NCBI GenBank assembly: GCA_013239625.1
Contig: MU053873.1
Span: 3,362,524 to 3,426,523, forward strand
DNA: 64,000 bases
Reading direction: 5' to 3'
Source of the DNA: Lama guanicoe
Lineage: Eukaryota
Shown piece after piece: positions 1-13,500 of the stretch (within the stretch, counting starts at the first letter, position 1; each line of letters opens with the position of its first letter). A program made the position numbers and the translations under genes. The notes beneath the pieces were generated by a model. The model worked only from the letters and a program-made list of their open reading frames with translations. It was not told the origin of the DNA and searched no databases.

Positions 1-736
1 CAAAAACCAGTCATGTCCATACGTTAGGCCCAAAGAGGTTGCCCCGTGACCTTGCTGGGAGTAGGGTCCCCAGGATACTGCCCTTCCTTCTGGGTTCCAA
101 GGAGGGACTGGATTTCTGCAGCTCTCAGGCATGGTCCTTGGTTATGTGGTGCATCAGACCCAGGGCTCCACTGCACGGCTGCCCTCTGCCTATGGAACTG
201 ACTACGTTCCCCATAGCTGGGGCTCCCGTCAATTACTCCATTAAGAGGTTTTCAAGTCTGCAAACACAACTACATTCCAGGGAAACCGGATGGCTATGTG
301 CACCAATTGTGACTTCCTTCTTTCCTGAACCGGCAAGGGACAGGAGGTGCTTCCAGCTCAAGGACGGAGGTACCTGCCCTACCCTCAACCTCTGGACCCA
401 CGAGCAGACAGTCCCGCCCAAGAAGTCGTGGCTCTGGGGCCACCACCTCCTTGGATTCTGGTTTAAAGTGATGTGCACCACAAGGTCTCTCATGTCCTCC
501 TGGGAGCAGGGATGGAGAGTGAGAGGTCTTAAGTCCAGGGAGGGACCCCAGGGTCACCCGAGAATCACACGGGGGAGCTTGGCATCACTTCCAGAAAAAT
601 TGGAGATGAGTTGGACCTCCCGGCTTTCCCAGACTCTTTCCTGGCACCATGTCTGACACAAGCAGGTAGTCTCCAAAACCCTGACATTGAAGTTGGCTGT
701 GCTCAAACAGTCCATCAAATCAGCAGAAACGCTTAT

Positions 737-3700
737 TCGGTGGTTCCCATCCTTTTATTTTTTCATTTTGTAATAAAATCAGTCTCCGCATGAATTCTCC
801 CCAAAGTCAGGATTCTTAAAAATGAGTCATTTCCTGATGACCTAAATGCTTGATAAAGAAATGCAGTTTCCTTAATTAATTTAATTTAATGGGGGGGGGG
901 AGAGCACACCAAAGTACCTTTGTACATGTCCTTCCCATTAAAGTTTCTATAAGCAATTGATAAACACAGAAAACCAGCCTGGCTGCCCCCTAAATAGCCA
1001 TGAAATATGGTGATAGTAACTGATAGTGACACGCCACACACAGGGCAGGTGACCCAAACAGCGTCTCACGTGGGATACAATTGCAAAAGCACACTAGTGA
1101 ATGCATGCTGAGAGCTGATGTAAACCTCCACTGGCGCAACTGATGTGAAAAGAGAGAAAAACAAATGACTTAATAGCTACACTATCGAGATTTACAGTAT
1201 CTGATACACTGGCTTTGCTCAGTACAGCGATGCACGATAGAAAATGGACTTGTTAGTAAAAAAAAGAAAACGGACTTATTTCTTTAAGGGTATTTTGCTT
1301 TGCCATGAACAGAGTAAATGTATGACTACGTGGATGGCTACACAGCTGGGAAAACGGGGAGAGACAAAGGTCAGCGCATGAGGAGGGACCCCCCTCTCAC
1401 ATGGATCCTCAAGGGTCCACTCAAAAATAAGACCTCTCGCAAAGCTGGGACCATATACAAGCCCATTTCCCAAACCATCTTGAAATACCGAGGGGGGAAG
1501 TCACATTCAAATGTGCTGCTCTTGGAAGTGCTGCTGGTAAACCCAGCGGGCCATTTCTAAAGCGTGTGGAGGAAGAGGCGTCCGTCCGCAGTTGATGGAT
1601 CAGATGCAACAGTCAGATCTTGAGGCGGTGGCAAGACTGATTTGGGGGATTTGGCACAAGAAGAGTCAGAAATGATGCTCTGCAGGTGAACGTCAGGTCC
1701 TGAAGGATGATCATACAGAAGGGGTAATAGCCCCCGACCCCACTCACTGGGGCTTACATGATGCCGTGAAACCTACACTTCGAGAGAATGCCATCCAAAC
1801 TCTTTCCCAAAATTCTTTGACGATGATGGAGCCTGTCTAGAGTAAAGCAGTCGGGGAACCTGTCAACAAGGAGGGGGGCCTTCGGAAGAGGTAGATGAAT
1901 GCAGTATTCTGCAGCACGTTCGCTGTCGGATGTTACCCCAGGAAGTGCACTTGACTCTCAGCGCAGATCAGAGGGTGAGCTGCTGTTGAGAACTGTCCGT
2001 GGCAGAGAAGGGACGTTCGCCCCACAATGCTATCTGCTTTGCTTCAATTTTGTGAAAAACAAGAAACAAAAAAACAGGAAGGACTGCATTTCCTTAAATA
2101 ACAAACTATACAAATAAAAAGGAGCAGAAGTGATAAGGACTGTTTTTTTTGATGGAAACAAACTTAAGGATTCAATAAATAATACAAAATGCTTTTGTGC
2201 TAAAATAGAACTGGTGTTTAAAATATGTATATATATGTAGTTTGGCAATCTTTATGTTACCCAGAAAGAGCCAAATCAATAATGATTAGTTAAAACATAG
2301 AAAAATACAATTTAACAATAGAACTTAAAAAAGGCCAGTGTTTAGCTTATAAATCACATCTAATATGTACATCATGAGACAGAATCAACTAAGAAACAAG
2401 AAGTAGAATTTCAAGTCCTTTGGAATATGAATACACACTTATTAGACATATTTCTCCATCCCCTACCCTTGTATGAGACACATTTTATATTAGGACAAAA
2501 TTTGAAATGGAAGCATGGTTACCAGTTTCTCACAGATGACTCTGAGGTTTGTTACATATAAGAGAATTTACTATAAGAACATGCGTTGTTTAACTCTAAA
2601 ATGGCGTTTTGGTTTTGATGGAATGCATATACTGTTAATCCATGTTCTGTAGTGTGCACGTGTTTGTTTGTTTGTTTTTTAATAAAGGCGATTTAAAATT
2701 TGGGATGCTAAATTGATCAGTAAGTGCTAACCCAGCCATGTCAGCCAAGTGGCCAGCCACTTGTGCCCCCAAGCCTTCAGATGCTGCCAGCATCTTGCAT
2801 CTCTGTCACTCTGCTGTAAAAGAACAGCTCTTTGAGTTTTTGAAGGCGAAGAAAATCTAAAGGCCATTATGACCCGAGGAACCCAAGAAGTATCATTTTA
2901 TAGTTCAACTTTCATTTATTCTATAGTAAATTTTTTAAGATGTGGCCTGGATACAAAAAAAAATTCTATTAATATGAATTTAAGGAATTAATGAATTCAA
3001 GCTTCTTCAGTCAACCTGATGTGGGAGGGAAAAATCATGTTAGATTTTTAGGGGGAAAAAAAGAGTTTTGAAAATTTAAACTATTCAAGAAGCCTGCCTG
3101 CCTCATGAAGCAAGCCCAGTCTTGTTACTGCAGGGGAATTAGGGCAACTTCAGTGCACGGACGGCACTGTCCCCACCTGACCAGCAGGGCGCTGCACTGA
3201 CAGCCTCGCACATCTCACCTCTGGTCCCCCAGGAGGCCTGCAGAGTACACGCCACCAAGACAAGATGGGCATCAGCTGTGTGCCCCGTGCGCCTTCCCAG
3301 AGGATGCTGAATGACAAGCAGGAGGACCTAATTTCTACAGAAAGTCCCGGTGGAAAGCAAACAGTCTTTTAATAAGTTCAGCAACTCCACCTGTTCAAAA
3401 ATAAAGCAACCAAATCTCGTAAGAGTTCCCCTTTGACTCTTCTTGTTATAAGGGGGGAAACCCCCCAAAGCACCGAGTTTAACTCAGTTATTTCCCTGGT
3501 GCTTTATGGTGTAAAGAGATTGGCTTTTACCAGCAAATTAACTCCTCTTTTTTTCCTTTGCCCCATTTCTGCCACAATCCTGCCATCAGTGACACCCACT
3601 CTGCCCACTTCCCAGCATCTGTCTCAGATCCCAGTGAAGCCTGACCAACTCCTCTCTGGGTACAAACAAGACCTCCATCCCCCGGGAGGGGAGGAGTTCA

Positions 3701-6700
3701 TTCCTCAAGCATCTCGAATGACACAGAAACACTTCCCTGAATGCAACTGAGGAAAAAAAAATTGCACATAATTAAACCACGCAAGGTAAGCCTTAAGATT
3801 ACGCCAGCACATTTCAAAAAAAATTTTAATAGATTTACATCACATGAAAAAAAGTCCAATTTTGAGAATTCTGTCTTCATGATATGTGACAATTTCGAAA
3901 TGTCAGAAAAAAATCAATTCCACCAAAAATTCAACCGTATTGGATTGGCCCCACTATAAATTTCAAGTGAAATCAAAATACCATCAGGAAAAAAAAAAAA
4001 CCACACTTTGATCTTCCTGATAGTTAAACCACTGTTGTCAATTGGTTAATGAGAATTTTTAATAGCCAGCGAGGGCCTTAAAACAATTGTCTTCAATAGC
4101 TGCACAGCATATTTCAAACCACAAATCAAGCTACGTCTGGCTTAAAACCAATCGTTGCCTGTGGTTGTTGCTCTTGATTGATTTACCTTTTCCAGTTTTG
4201 TTGCTGTCTTTCTGGAGCAGACTGCTTCCTTTCTTCAGCGAGCCCTGACATTTGTCCCTTATCTTTATGTACAGAATTTGAAATTGTCATGGCTGTGAAC
4301 TGTCCAATTACAGGCACAAGCAGTGAAATTCACATTAGCAGTGAGACAACAGCCGACTTCTACCGGTTTTGCTGAAAAATCATACTTAAACATGATATAG
4401 AAGGAAAAACCATGAGTCCCAAAGACGCAAGAGGATAAATGCACCAACGAGAATGTTTTCAGTGAAAAAAAAAATAACCTTCAGTTCCCAGAAGTTTTCA
4501 ATTTATTCCATAGATGCTGTAGAGCAGCTTAAAGTCATCGATTATTTTTAGGCTTTGGTTTCATGATTCCTTTGAAATATGAAATCAAGACTTACTATTA
4601 CCATGATTTTATAAAACACATGAACTTTGATGATCTTCTGTGACAATATTAAACTAGCCCGACCAGACAGATATAAAATAATAAGAACACTTGTGCTCAA
4701 TTTTGTCCTTTTTAATGGTCCAGATGTAGGTGGGGTCAAACACCTAGGAATGATGCAACACTCTTAAAACCTAAAACAGCCACTTATACCAAGACTTTTA
4801 AACCAACTGACATCTTTGGCCAGGTGGGCAGCAGGTACAGGCCCAGAAAGGTCCCAGAATTGTCTTCTGTCTGGCAGCAGAAGGGCTGCAGACACGAGCT
4901 CAGCTGGAACACTGGACTCTCCTGGGCCGCCTAACCAGACCCCAACACACCTGGATACCCCCCTAAAAAGCCGCCTGTCCTAACCTCACAGAGTACATTT
5001 AATAAATTACAACCACGTTGATGCATTTCTCAACCATGAATTTATCCATCAAACTCAAGATGGGGGAGAGCAAAACTTTACTTGGAATAAATCTGAGGCA
5101 AAAGGGCTCTCAGGGTATTTCTAATTCAGTTTTCTTTTCCAAAGGGAAGATAACCTTAATGTTCTACTCCAGAGCATAAATGATACTTTGCAAAGAGATG
5201 CGAATCAGCGTAGCTGATTCCGTACGGGTGGAATGGGGGGACGCCAAGCTCAGACCCGGAAGGAGTCCGTGCACCTTCTGCACATGAGGCTAATGCTCTA
5301 GTCTGTCCAGCAGAGGCAGAGGCTCCGTGATTTCTAAACTGTGATTACCCATCTCTGAACTGAAAGTACTAAGCACACATGACCTTGAGACAGAGCCCTT
5401 GACCACAGGAGTGACAGCTACAGTCGACTGTGCCAGGGAAGACGCTCACTCTTCAGGAAGAACAACTGCTTTTCTGTCTCTGGTGGATTTGTGATATTTA
5501 ACATTTTTTCAGAAAAACAGAATTTGAATACCGTGCTTCCCTTTTAAATCGGGGGATTCCACGTAAGTAGTACCCCCGCCCCTCCTGCACTGGAAACAGC
5601 ACATAGTGGAACACATATGTGAAACCCCAACTAGTGGCTGAGACAAATTGTAAACCTCCAAATTTCTTTTCCAAATTAATTCCTACGAAATAAAAGGCTC
5701 TTTCAGTAATTATCTTCCAGACTCTCAAAACATCATTTCATTAAAAAGGACTTAACTTTCCCAGTGAAAGAGGCACACGAATGTCAACACAAACATTTGG
5801 AACCACCAAAAATATCGAGGACAGGATGCAGATAATTAGGATGTCAAGTTATTTATATTGTTAGTAGTTGACTTAGAAACATACAATTCAATTGCACTAA
5901 GAATAGGACAAATAAGTGGACTTTAAAAATTACCGTTACTATTTTTAGTCTGACGGCACGGAGGATTCTGCTGGGAAACACATTGGTTCTGACAACTCAG
6001 CACTTATTTGGGGCCTGAAACAAATCACGGGGAGCGGGGGCCACTGGGATTAGGGAAACGGCCTTTATGCTGTGACACTGTCAGAATGAGTCACCCAGTG
6101 CAAAGAATTATTCACTAACGACAGCTGACCACCACCACAGGTCAAGATACGCAGTTAACCCATTTTGACACATTCGTTCTTTTCTTCTTTTTTCAATAGA
6201 ATTCATTTTAAATTATACTAAAATGTAAAACAGAGTTTCCTTCCTTAATACATCCACGACTGAGATGCTTCCTGAGGTCAGGCAGAGGGAACCAGAGTTG
6301 CTGGGTCCCACAACTGCTTCCTGTCCAAACCCAAGACCGGCTCAACCACCCCCCTCCCAAAGCGTTCCTGGGCACCCAGACACGAGAAAGTGCTGATTAC
6401 TGGAAGGTTTTTGAAAATCGCTATTGCCTTGAAATGGACAACACCAAAGCTGCTGGAAACCTTCCCAACCATCTACTGTCCGACACCTTCGATGCTGAGC
6501 GACTTCTGTGCCCTCAGAGGACCCGCTGCCTCGGTTCCCAGCTGCCGAAGCTCCCTGTTGGGGACTGGCCTGTACCTATGGGGGCAGCACACACAGTGGG
6601 GGCCCAGGTGCGACCCTTTTGGAAAATCTCTGCAGCTTTCAATGCCTGGGCAATGAGAGGCCAGGTCTGAAGTACACAGAAGATGCACCCGGTGATCTGC

Positions 6701-7177
6701 CACCCCTGCCCCGTGGCCTGGAGCAAAGACGTCTAAAGCCAGCAGTGGCTGCTTGTGGACCAAAAATGGCAACGCGGGGGCAATCTATTACCCAACTTGG
6801 CAGACGGTCACATCCTCTTTTGGCAAGTCTGAGATACGTTTTGTGTCAGACGTTAAAAAATGAAGTGGTCAGTAGGAACCACCTCAAGTTCTAGATTCAC
6901 CTACAACCAAAAGGATGTGTGGCAAAGAAAAAGCTTCCATTTCTTCAGTAGTTTTGAGGGCGGACAGATGCGATGGAGGCAGGTGGCCCCCAGAAGGGGA
7001 GGGAGGCGACCCCGAGACTGGGGGTAGTCACCCCTCCTCGCAGAAGCATCTCGGAGTCCTGGGGGCCCCTGAGCCACGGAGAATCCCGTGGGTGAGAGCA
7101 TCGACCTCCTCCTTGCACCTCTCCCCAAGGCTGAGCAGCCCGGTGTGGACTTTCCGGGACTGTCCCGGTCCAGGCTG
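737..7177 (-). other. GRK3: Probable long (~6.4 kb) GRK3 3' UTR
   Basis: Follows the stop codon. No recognisable young SINE or L1, in contrast to the introns. AU-rich blocks. Ends at a candidate poly(A) signal; the 3' end position is inferred. Confidence 0.6.
754..759 (-). terminator. Candidate distal polyadenylation signal AATAAA
   Basis: Minus strand reads ...TGAAAAAATAAAAGGATGGG..., followed ~25-45 nt downstream by GU-rich GTTTCTGCTGATTTGATGG; TGTA motif upstream near 925. Confidence 0.55.
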
Positions 7178-7339
7178 TCAGAGGCCATTGCTGTTCCTGT
7201 GGCAGAGGGGCGGCTTCCAGAGCTCCACGACGGCGGACCGAGACTTGTTGAGGAACTTGGGGGCTCGGCGTAACAGCCGCTGGGCCTCCGTGAACGTCTC
7301 CGTCAGCTCCTTCTTCCACTGCACGAACTCTGGGTCACT
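7178..7339 (-). CDS. GRK3: GRK3 exon 21 coding part (162 nt): [53 protein letters not shown]
   Basis: Acceptor ATCCAG|AGT, stop TGA at 7178-7180; PH C-terminal helix with conserved Trp. Confidence 0.96.
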   Translation of the reverse strand, partial: SDPEFVQWKKELTETFTEAQRLLRRAPKFLNKSRSAVVELWKPPLCHRNSNGL

Positions 7340-10300
7340 CTGGATGAAAACACACAGGGAAGAGGGGTTGGGACAGTGTCACCTGCTTTGCCCACAGACG
7401 TGGATGCCTCTGGCAAGTCCCAATGTCCTCAGAATCCCCCACTTCAACCCACAACCCCTGAGAAATCACAGCCTGCATCCCTCCCTGCAGTGGGATAACT
7501 GGGGGACACAAGAGGAATTCCTCCAGGGTCCCCTTGCCCAGAGAAGGGACAGGCAGCACCACGCCCTTCAGAGAAGTCTCGTGTAATCCTCCAGGAGAGT
7601 CACCGCTTCTCCTGTGTTGAGAGATTACCTATGATTTCTGATGTCTAAGACAACTCGGAGTCCATAAAATAATATACGAGGAGGAGTTCTGACAAATTTA
7701 AAAAGCACTTTTGCGTGTGCAATGAAGCCATGAAGTAATTAAACATATTTTTTCTATCAACTATTGGTTTAGCTCTCTAAATATGCTCTTTACACACACA
7801 CACACACACAGTACCCCAGTAGAAAAGTGTCGAAATCATGAAGTAATTAAACACATTTTTGTCTTATAACAATAATATAATGAAAAACAATATGAAAAGG
7901 AATATATCTGTGTAACTGAATCACCATGCTGTACACCAGAAATTAACACCTTGTAAACCGACTATACTTCAAAAAAACAAAACATATTTTTGTATCTACT
8001 ACTGCTTTCTCTCTCTAAATACACTCTTTTCTCACACACAGTCCCACAGGTCCCCCCCCACCCCAACGAACCCAGAGTTCGTGCAGTGGAAGAAGGAGCT
8101 GACGGAGACGTTCACGGAGGCCCAGCGGCTGTTACAACCCCAACATCCCAGTAGAGATGTGTTCAGGAATTAAGTTTGGGACTTCATAGAACTTTGGGGA
8201 GAGAACGATGGTATCTCTCCTGAGAAAAGCTACTTGGGCACCTTCTGTTTATTTAAACACACAACCCTTGACTTCAAACATGCTGAAAGATCAGCTCAGA
8301 TCTGGACAACTGTGTTACAAATAAAATTCAAGGCCCCTATTGAATACTGGACCGTTTCCAGAGACGGTAATCACACGATTTCACGTCTTTCCTCCTGCCA
8401 TTTTCTAATGTAAAATGTTTCTAAAATAACTATTAATTTGCCGAACACTTTGTATCTTTGAGGTTTCTTTGCTCCCTGGGCAAGTGAGAAAGCGTTTTTC
8501 AACCCGGCAGGCCTCTTCGCTACTTATGTCATTGCCCTAACTTTCCCCTCTGGAAAAAATAAAAATACGAACTCACCTCACACTGCAAGACAAATTGCTT
8601 CCCTCCTTTTATCCTCAACAAAATGCATTTTTTGTCTTTAATCTGAGTTTCTTCCACGGACAGAATCTGCTCCATTGTCAGTAAGTTTTGCTGACCGTAA
8701 AAATAAAAGATTATATGTTACCTCAGGTCATTTTATGATTTCTCAAGTTAAATGAATAAAATAACACCGAAACTATCAGCTTAGAAAAAGTAACCACAAA
8801 AATCAGCATTTTTCTTTCTTTGACGATATTCTAGAAGCGGAGGGAAATGGCTACAAAAGGAACATGTAATATTTTTGAATATTTTGAATGTTTGACAAAG
8901 ATTCAAAATATAATATCCCAAAGAAAACTGCCAAGAAAGGAACGTCTCTACGAGGCAAAAAGCAAAGCCGTTCCCTCGACGCAGAACTGACGTGTGAGCG
9001 TGAATTGCACGTGCACTTTCTGCATCACACACTCTGCTAGACTCTGTCCATCCTGCTGTGAGGGGACAATGAGACACTGCAGAAAATCTACATGAGCAAG
9101 AAGCGTGTCACTGGCTTTGGACCCAGCAGCTCGGTAAACATCTGGCCATGTTAGCTTGTGAGCCGGCGCCGTTCTGATCATATCGGTATGATGTTCTAAA
9201 TCCAGTTCTGAAAAGACTGTCCCACTATGTCTATAGCATTACTGCTTCAAGGGAATGCGATAGCGTCGTTGAGGACCTTACCAGCTTATGTTTTTTGGGA
9301 TAAATACTCCAGGAATCCTAAATGAAAAACAACACCATCATAAACTCACGTTTTCTTTTTCCTTACTTAACTTCACAAAGCTACCCGTGCATGTTAAACA
9401 TGGCTTCACCAATAGAACACTAAACACTCTTTCTAAAACCGAGATAATTTATTGCATCCGGTGTAAAACAGAAGATTTTTTTAAAACAGTTTTCAAATAT
9501 CCTGAAAAGTGAGATAATTCCCTTTCAATGTGTAAAACAGTGGCTTACCAGCAGATAGCATAGTGAATGCCTAATATGCCCAGGGCCACTCATTATCTGG
9601 AAATATACATTACATAATAATGCTTGCATGAATTATAATTCAGGTGCTAGTAAATATTCTACAATGTAAAAAATACATATGTAATATTATATAAAATACA
9701 ATTCTTATATTTATGTGATTACATATATTTTATATAATGTTATATATATCATACATAATACTTACCAGTACCTGAGTTATAATTCAAGACCCCCAGCATC
9801 TCATTAATCATAACGCAGATTCTAGATGTATTAGTTTTTAGAAAATGACCTTCCCAGCACCAGTGATAGTGAGACGATCTTGCTTATTTGTAAGGAATGT
9901 GCTAAGAGGCAGTAGCAAACACTCATAATCCAATGGCACCTTCACCAACAAGGAATTGCAAAACACATTCCACAGTCAAATCCACAAGATGCGGGATCAC
10001 AGCTTCCCCCGCTCTGGCCCCTGGTGAGCTGACGGTGCTGTTCCGATACACCAACCGTGTTTTTCACAGTTGGGACCGCTGTCCTGCTTACGACAACCAA
10101 CCCTTCCTTTCCCAAGAGTAGAAACCCTTCCCCTGGGTTGCCACCTTCCATGGAGACGAGCTCTGGGCCCCTCACACAGCAGGTGCTTAGTAAATGCTGT
10201 CTGTCTTGCTGAGCGGGATGGTGTGGATCAGAAATTTCCTTTTTCTTGTTCACAAACATTACCTCTCTAAAGGACTTTAGAGGGCAGCTGTATCTTTGCT

Positions 10301-10567
10301 ACTAATTGTATGAAACCTATTTAGGATTTTCCAACAAGGTAGAGACAATAGGAGGTGGGGTCAGGTGCCCTGGCCTCATTTGACTGGACCCTGACTTGGG
10401 GGTGCTGCATAATGGAGACTCGGGGCCCAGGCAGACCCTGGTCAGAACCACTCTTCACCCTCACCTGTCTATCTGTCATTGGCACCAGGCCTTCCCTCTC
10501 TAACGCCTGGTTCCCTCTTTATAAAATAAGGGTTGGACCTCAAAGGTTGCTGAACAAATTAAATGCT

Positions 10568-10598
<31 letters not shown>

Positions 10599-13500
10599 GT
10601 GTGTGCGCGTGCACGCGCGCGTGTGTGTTTATAGCCCCTGGCCTGAGATAAATATGCAGAATCATACTACTGTTATAATTTGCACTTCTCCCATTTTACA
10701 GACGAGGAAACTGAGGCTCAGTCAACAGAACGTGCTCAAAGCCCCAGAGTCATGGAGCAGTGGATTTAAACACCTCTGTCAGACACCAAGTCCCAGATTT
10801 TTCTTTCTTCCTTTTTGATCTGCCCACGGCTCTCCCGCCTTCCTCGAGCCCGCCTGCCTTGACCTCACTGAACGGTACGTCCTATTTTCAGGTATTACCA
10901 AATCCTTCCTTGACTCAGAAGTTTCAAAGTGAACATCTGAACATTCAGGTCTCACGTATACCAGTTAAAATAGACACACAGGGCTTAGGGGGACCTTTAG
11001 GTACAAAACATGCCGGCAACGTGAAATCACCCCCGGGACAGTCGACACCCCAGGAAGAAGGGCTCAGGGTGGGATGGGGCTGCCGCAGACTTACTCGGGA
11101 CTCCCCCTCTCCTCTCCATTCGAGTCTGTTTGGAAAGAGGTAAAAATATCGACGCTGCCACTGAGTCAGGAATGGGTTCCCCAGCTTCAGCATGTGTCCG
11201 TGAAGGATGCAGTCTCTCCCCAGGGCGTAATCTGAGGAACAGAACACAGCCACGCACTCAGCAGAGTCTGACCTAGAATGTCTGCTGCTGCTCAGAACAA
11301 ACAGAATCACACATTTGTGGGGGAAGGGGGCGGAAAGCACGCTTCTATAAGGAGAACACATTACAGAAATCATTATTTTATTTTATTTTTTTTTATCATG
11401 AATTTTTTCATGGAGGTACCGGGAATTGAACCCAGGACCTCGTGCATGCTAAGCACATGCCCCACCCCTAGCTCTCTACCCTGCCCTCATTATTTCAGTT
11501 TTATACACGTTCCAGAACAGGTGTCTTCAGCTCACTACTGACATTATTAAATGGCTGTTTCTCAATATTCTGAGAAATTCATGATGTTCCTTTATTGCTC
11601 TGAGAGGGCAAAAGTTTGTTCGCAAATGATGTTTCCATGATGTGTAGTAAGAATTGGAGGAGAGAGAGTGATTAAACTCGAGCTATGCCCCAAAGTACCT
11701 CTGCCTTTCTACAGAATTGAGGTTCTCCTTTTCGTGTTATTTAAAAAAAAAAAAAACCCAACAGAGAAGGGGTTTCCCTGTCCAGGTAAGCCAAAGCAAC
11801 ACAGGGGACAAAAACTGTTCCTTCTTCCACTTAAGGTTATAGTGATCCTTTGAATACATGGTTCTGCAGGAGAGACCAAGCTCATTCATACTCATGTTGA
11901 GTCCTGATTCCATTTTTACAGCAAAGAATTGTCTCTCAAAAAAAAAAAAAAGACTGATTTTAAGTGGTTTGCTTTGCCTTCCTTGCAGGCTTTGGTGACT
12001 GTGCTAAAACCATTCATTCAGCTCAGCTCACTCACTCCTTCATTCAACTAGGAAGGAAATGAGCACAGAGGTGCTGGGGATGTCTTCGGCATTCTAGATT
12101 CAGCGGCGAATGAGAGAGACCAAGGTCCCCACCTTCGGGGAGCTTACATTCCAAAGGGAGAGTCAGACAACAAGCAAAATAAGCAAAACCCATGTTGCAT
12201 CACCTGGACACCAGCAGGAGGGGAAAAAATGAGGGAAGGAGGGACCTGGGGAGGGTCAGCGGTGAGGGGATGTGGTTCACGGAATTGCCATTTTAATGGA
12301 AAAACTGGCTGCATTTCTAAAGTCTGTTTAACAAGTAGGAGCCTCACATTTTCACTTCAGGGACCTAAGCCTAGACTGCATTGTTCTGGAAAACCAAGAT
12401 CTGGTTTTACCGCCACGACTCACTTACACACGAAGATAAATTCATTGATTTGCTAGATGGTCTAACTGCAGCTCTAACTAAAAGGATACGCTTCAGACAA
12501 GGTAATTAAGACCAATTTTTTTTTCTGGGTCCAATTTGTTAATATTCTAGTAACATCATGGCTCTCCCTTGAGCAAGTTACCGCGGATATGATTTTTCTA
12601 TGTAAAATCTCTCGCGAACATGGTCCAAAGTGATCTCAGTGGACCCATTTCCCAAAGAACGGCTTAGAAATAGAGCCCCTTTCCCTGAGGAATGGAGATG
12701 AGCACAGTTAAAGGGCTGTCATGTTCCCCTGGTGCACTCAGTGGACTTTGAGGTAATGAGTCGTTCATCCCGGATGGAGGACCCTTTTCTTAATAGACGA
12801 TAAATGCTACTGGGGAACAGTCACTAAGACCCAGGAATCCTGCCTCAGGATGCCCCCACCAGAGCAACCTGTGCACAGACTGTAACTGTTTCTGGTCATT
12901 CTTTGCTTAGAAGTAAAATGAAAAGATATCTTATCAGAATCACTGATCACTAATCATAATACATTTAAATATCCAAAATTCATAAAGCCTCAGAAAAACC
13001 AACAGTGACAATTATTTGGTGAATCCAGGAGGACTGATTTATTTAACACTTGACGTTATGCATTCCACTTTGGAAATCCTAATGGGGGACTCAAATCTTA
13101 TAAGTAAAAATATGGTTTGACGACTCTTTAATGCTGTTTATAATATAAATACATTTGTATACATTTACATCTCTTGACAAGTAATAAATAATCTAAGGTC
13201 CTCACCATACCATGTGGGGCACAGTGAAAAATGAAAACGCAGCCTCCTTGTTAAAAAATTATTTAAAATGTCAAGATGGTGAAAGCAAAGCATTAACCTG
13301 AGTGGGGGGCCTTATAAGACCAAAGAGGTCATATGCCCACAAAGCCAGCCCTGTTCCTGACACTACAATACTTCATCTTCAAGGAAAAAAACTTCCAAAC
13401 TGGCCCCAAACACTCCAAGAGAAGAGGGCATATTGACAAAGTACTGCCGCCCCCCTTTACATATATTATTTATATGTGGACTAAATTAAAGACTTGGACA

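Larger units (their letters stand above)
7729..8162. repeat. Degenerate ~108-nt tandem duplication; second copy interrupted by two insertions
   Basis: catgaagtaattaaaca at 7729 and 7837; the shared downstream blocks ctctctaaata...acacacagt...cccagtaga..gtgt occur in both units. Confidence 0.8.

Noticed and set aside
39..656. 205-aa plus-strand ORF
   Set aside because: Starts at TTG, has no recognisable domain, and lies just past the GRK3 3' end in GC-richer sequence; likely a chance ORF.
3178..3195. CTCF-like motif tgaccagcagggcgctgc
   Set aside because: Deviates from the core consensus at key positions; unsupported without ChIP data.
5202..5220. 8-bp perfect hairpin gaatcagc-gta-gctgattc in the 3' UTR
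   Set aside because: Short enough to arise by chance in 64 kb; matches no element I recognise.
6915..7586. 223-aa plus-strand ORF antisense to exon 21
   Set aside because: Shadow ORF over a GC-rich coding exon and its flanks; no recognisable homology or other support.
8070..8135. Inverted exon copy read as a processed pseudogene or alternative exon
   Set aside because: No exon-exon junction or poly(A), and it is antisense to GRK3, so it cannot be spliced in as coding sequence.
9760..9768. Consensus-like donor CTG|GTAAGT in intron 19
   Set aside because: No convincing paired acceptor or open exon found upstream; such motifs are common decoys.
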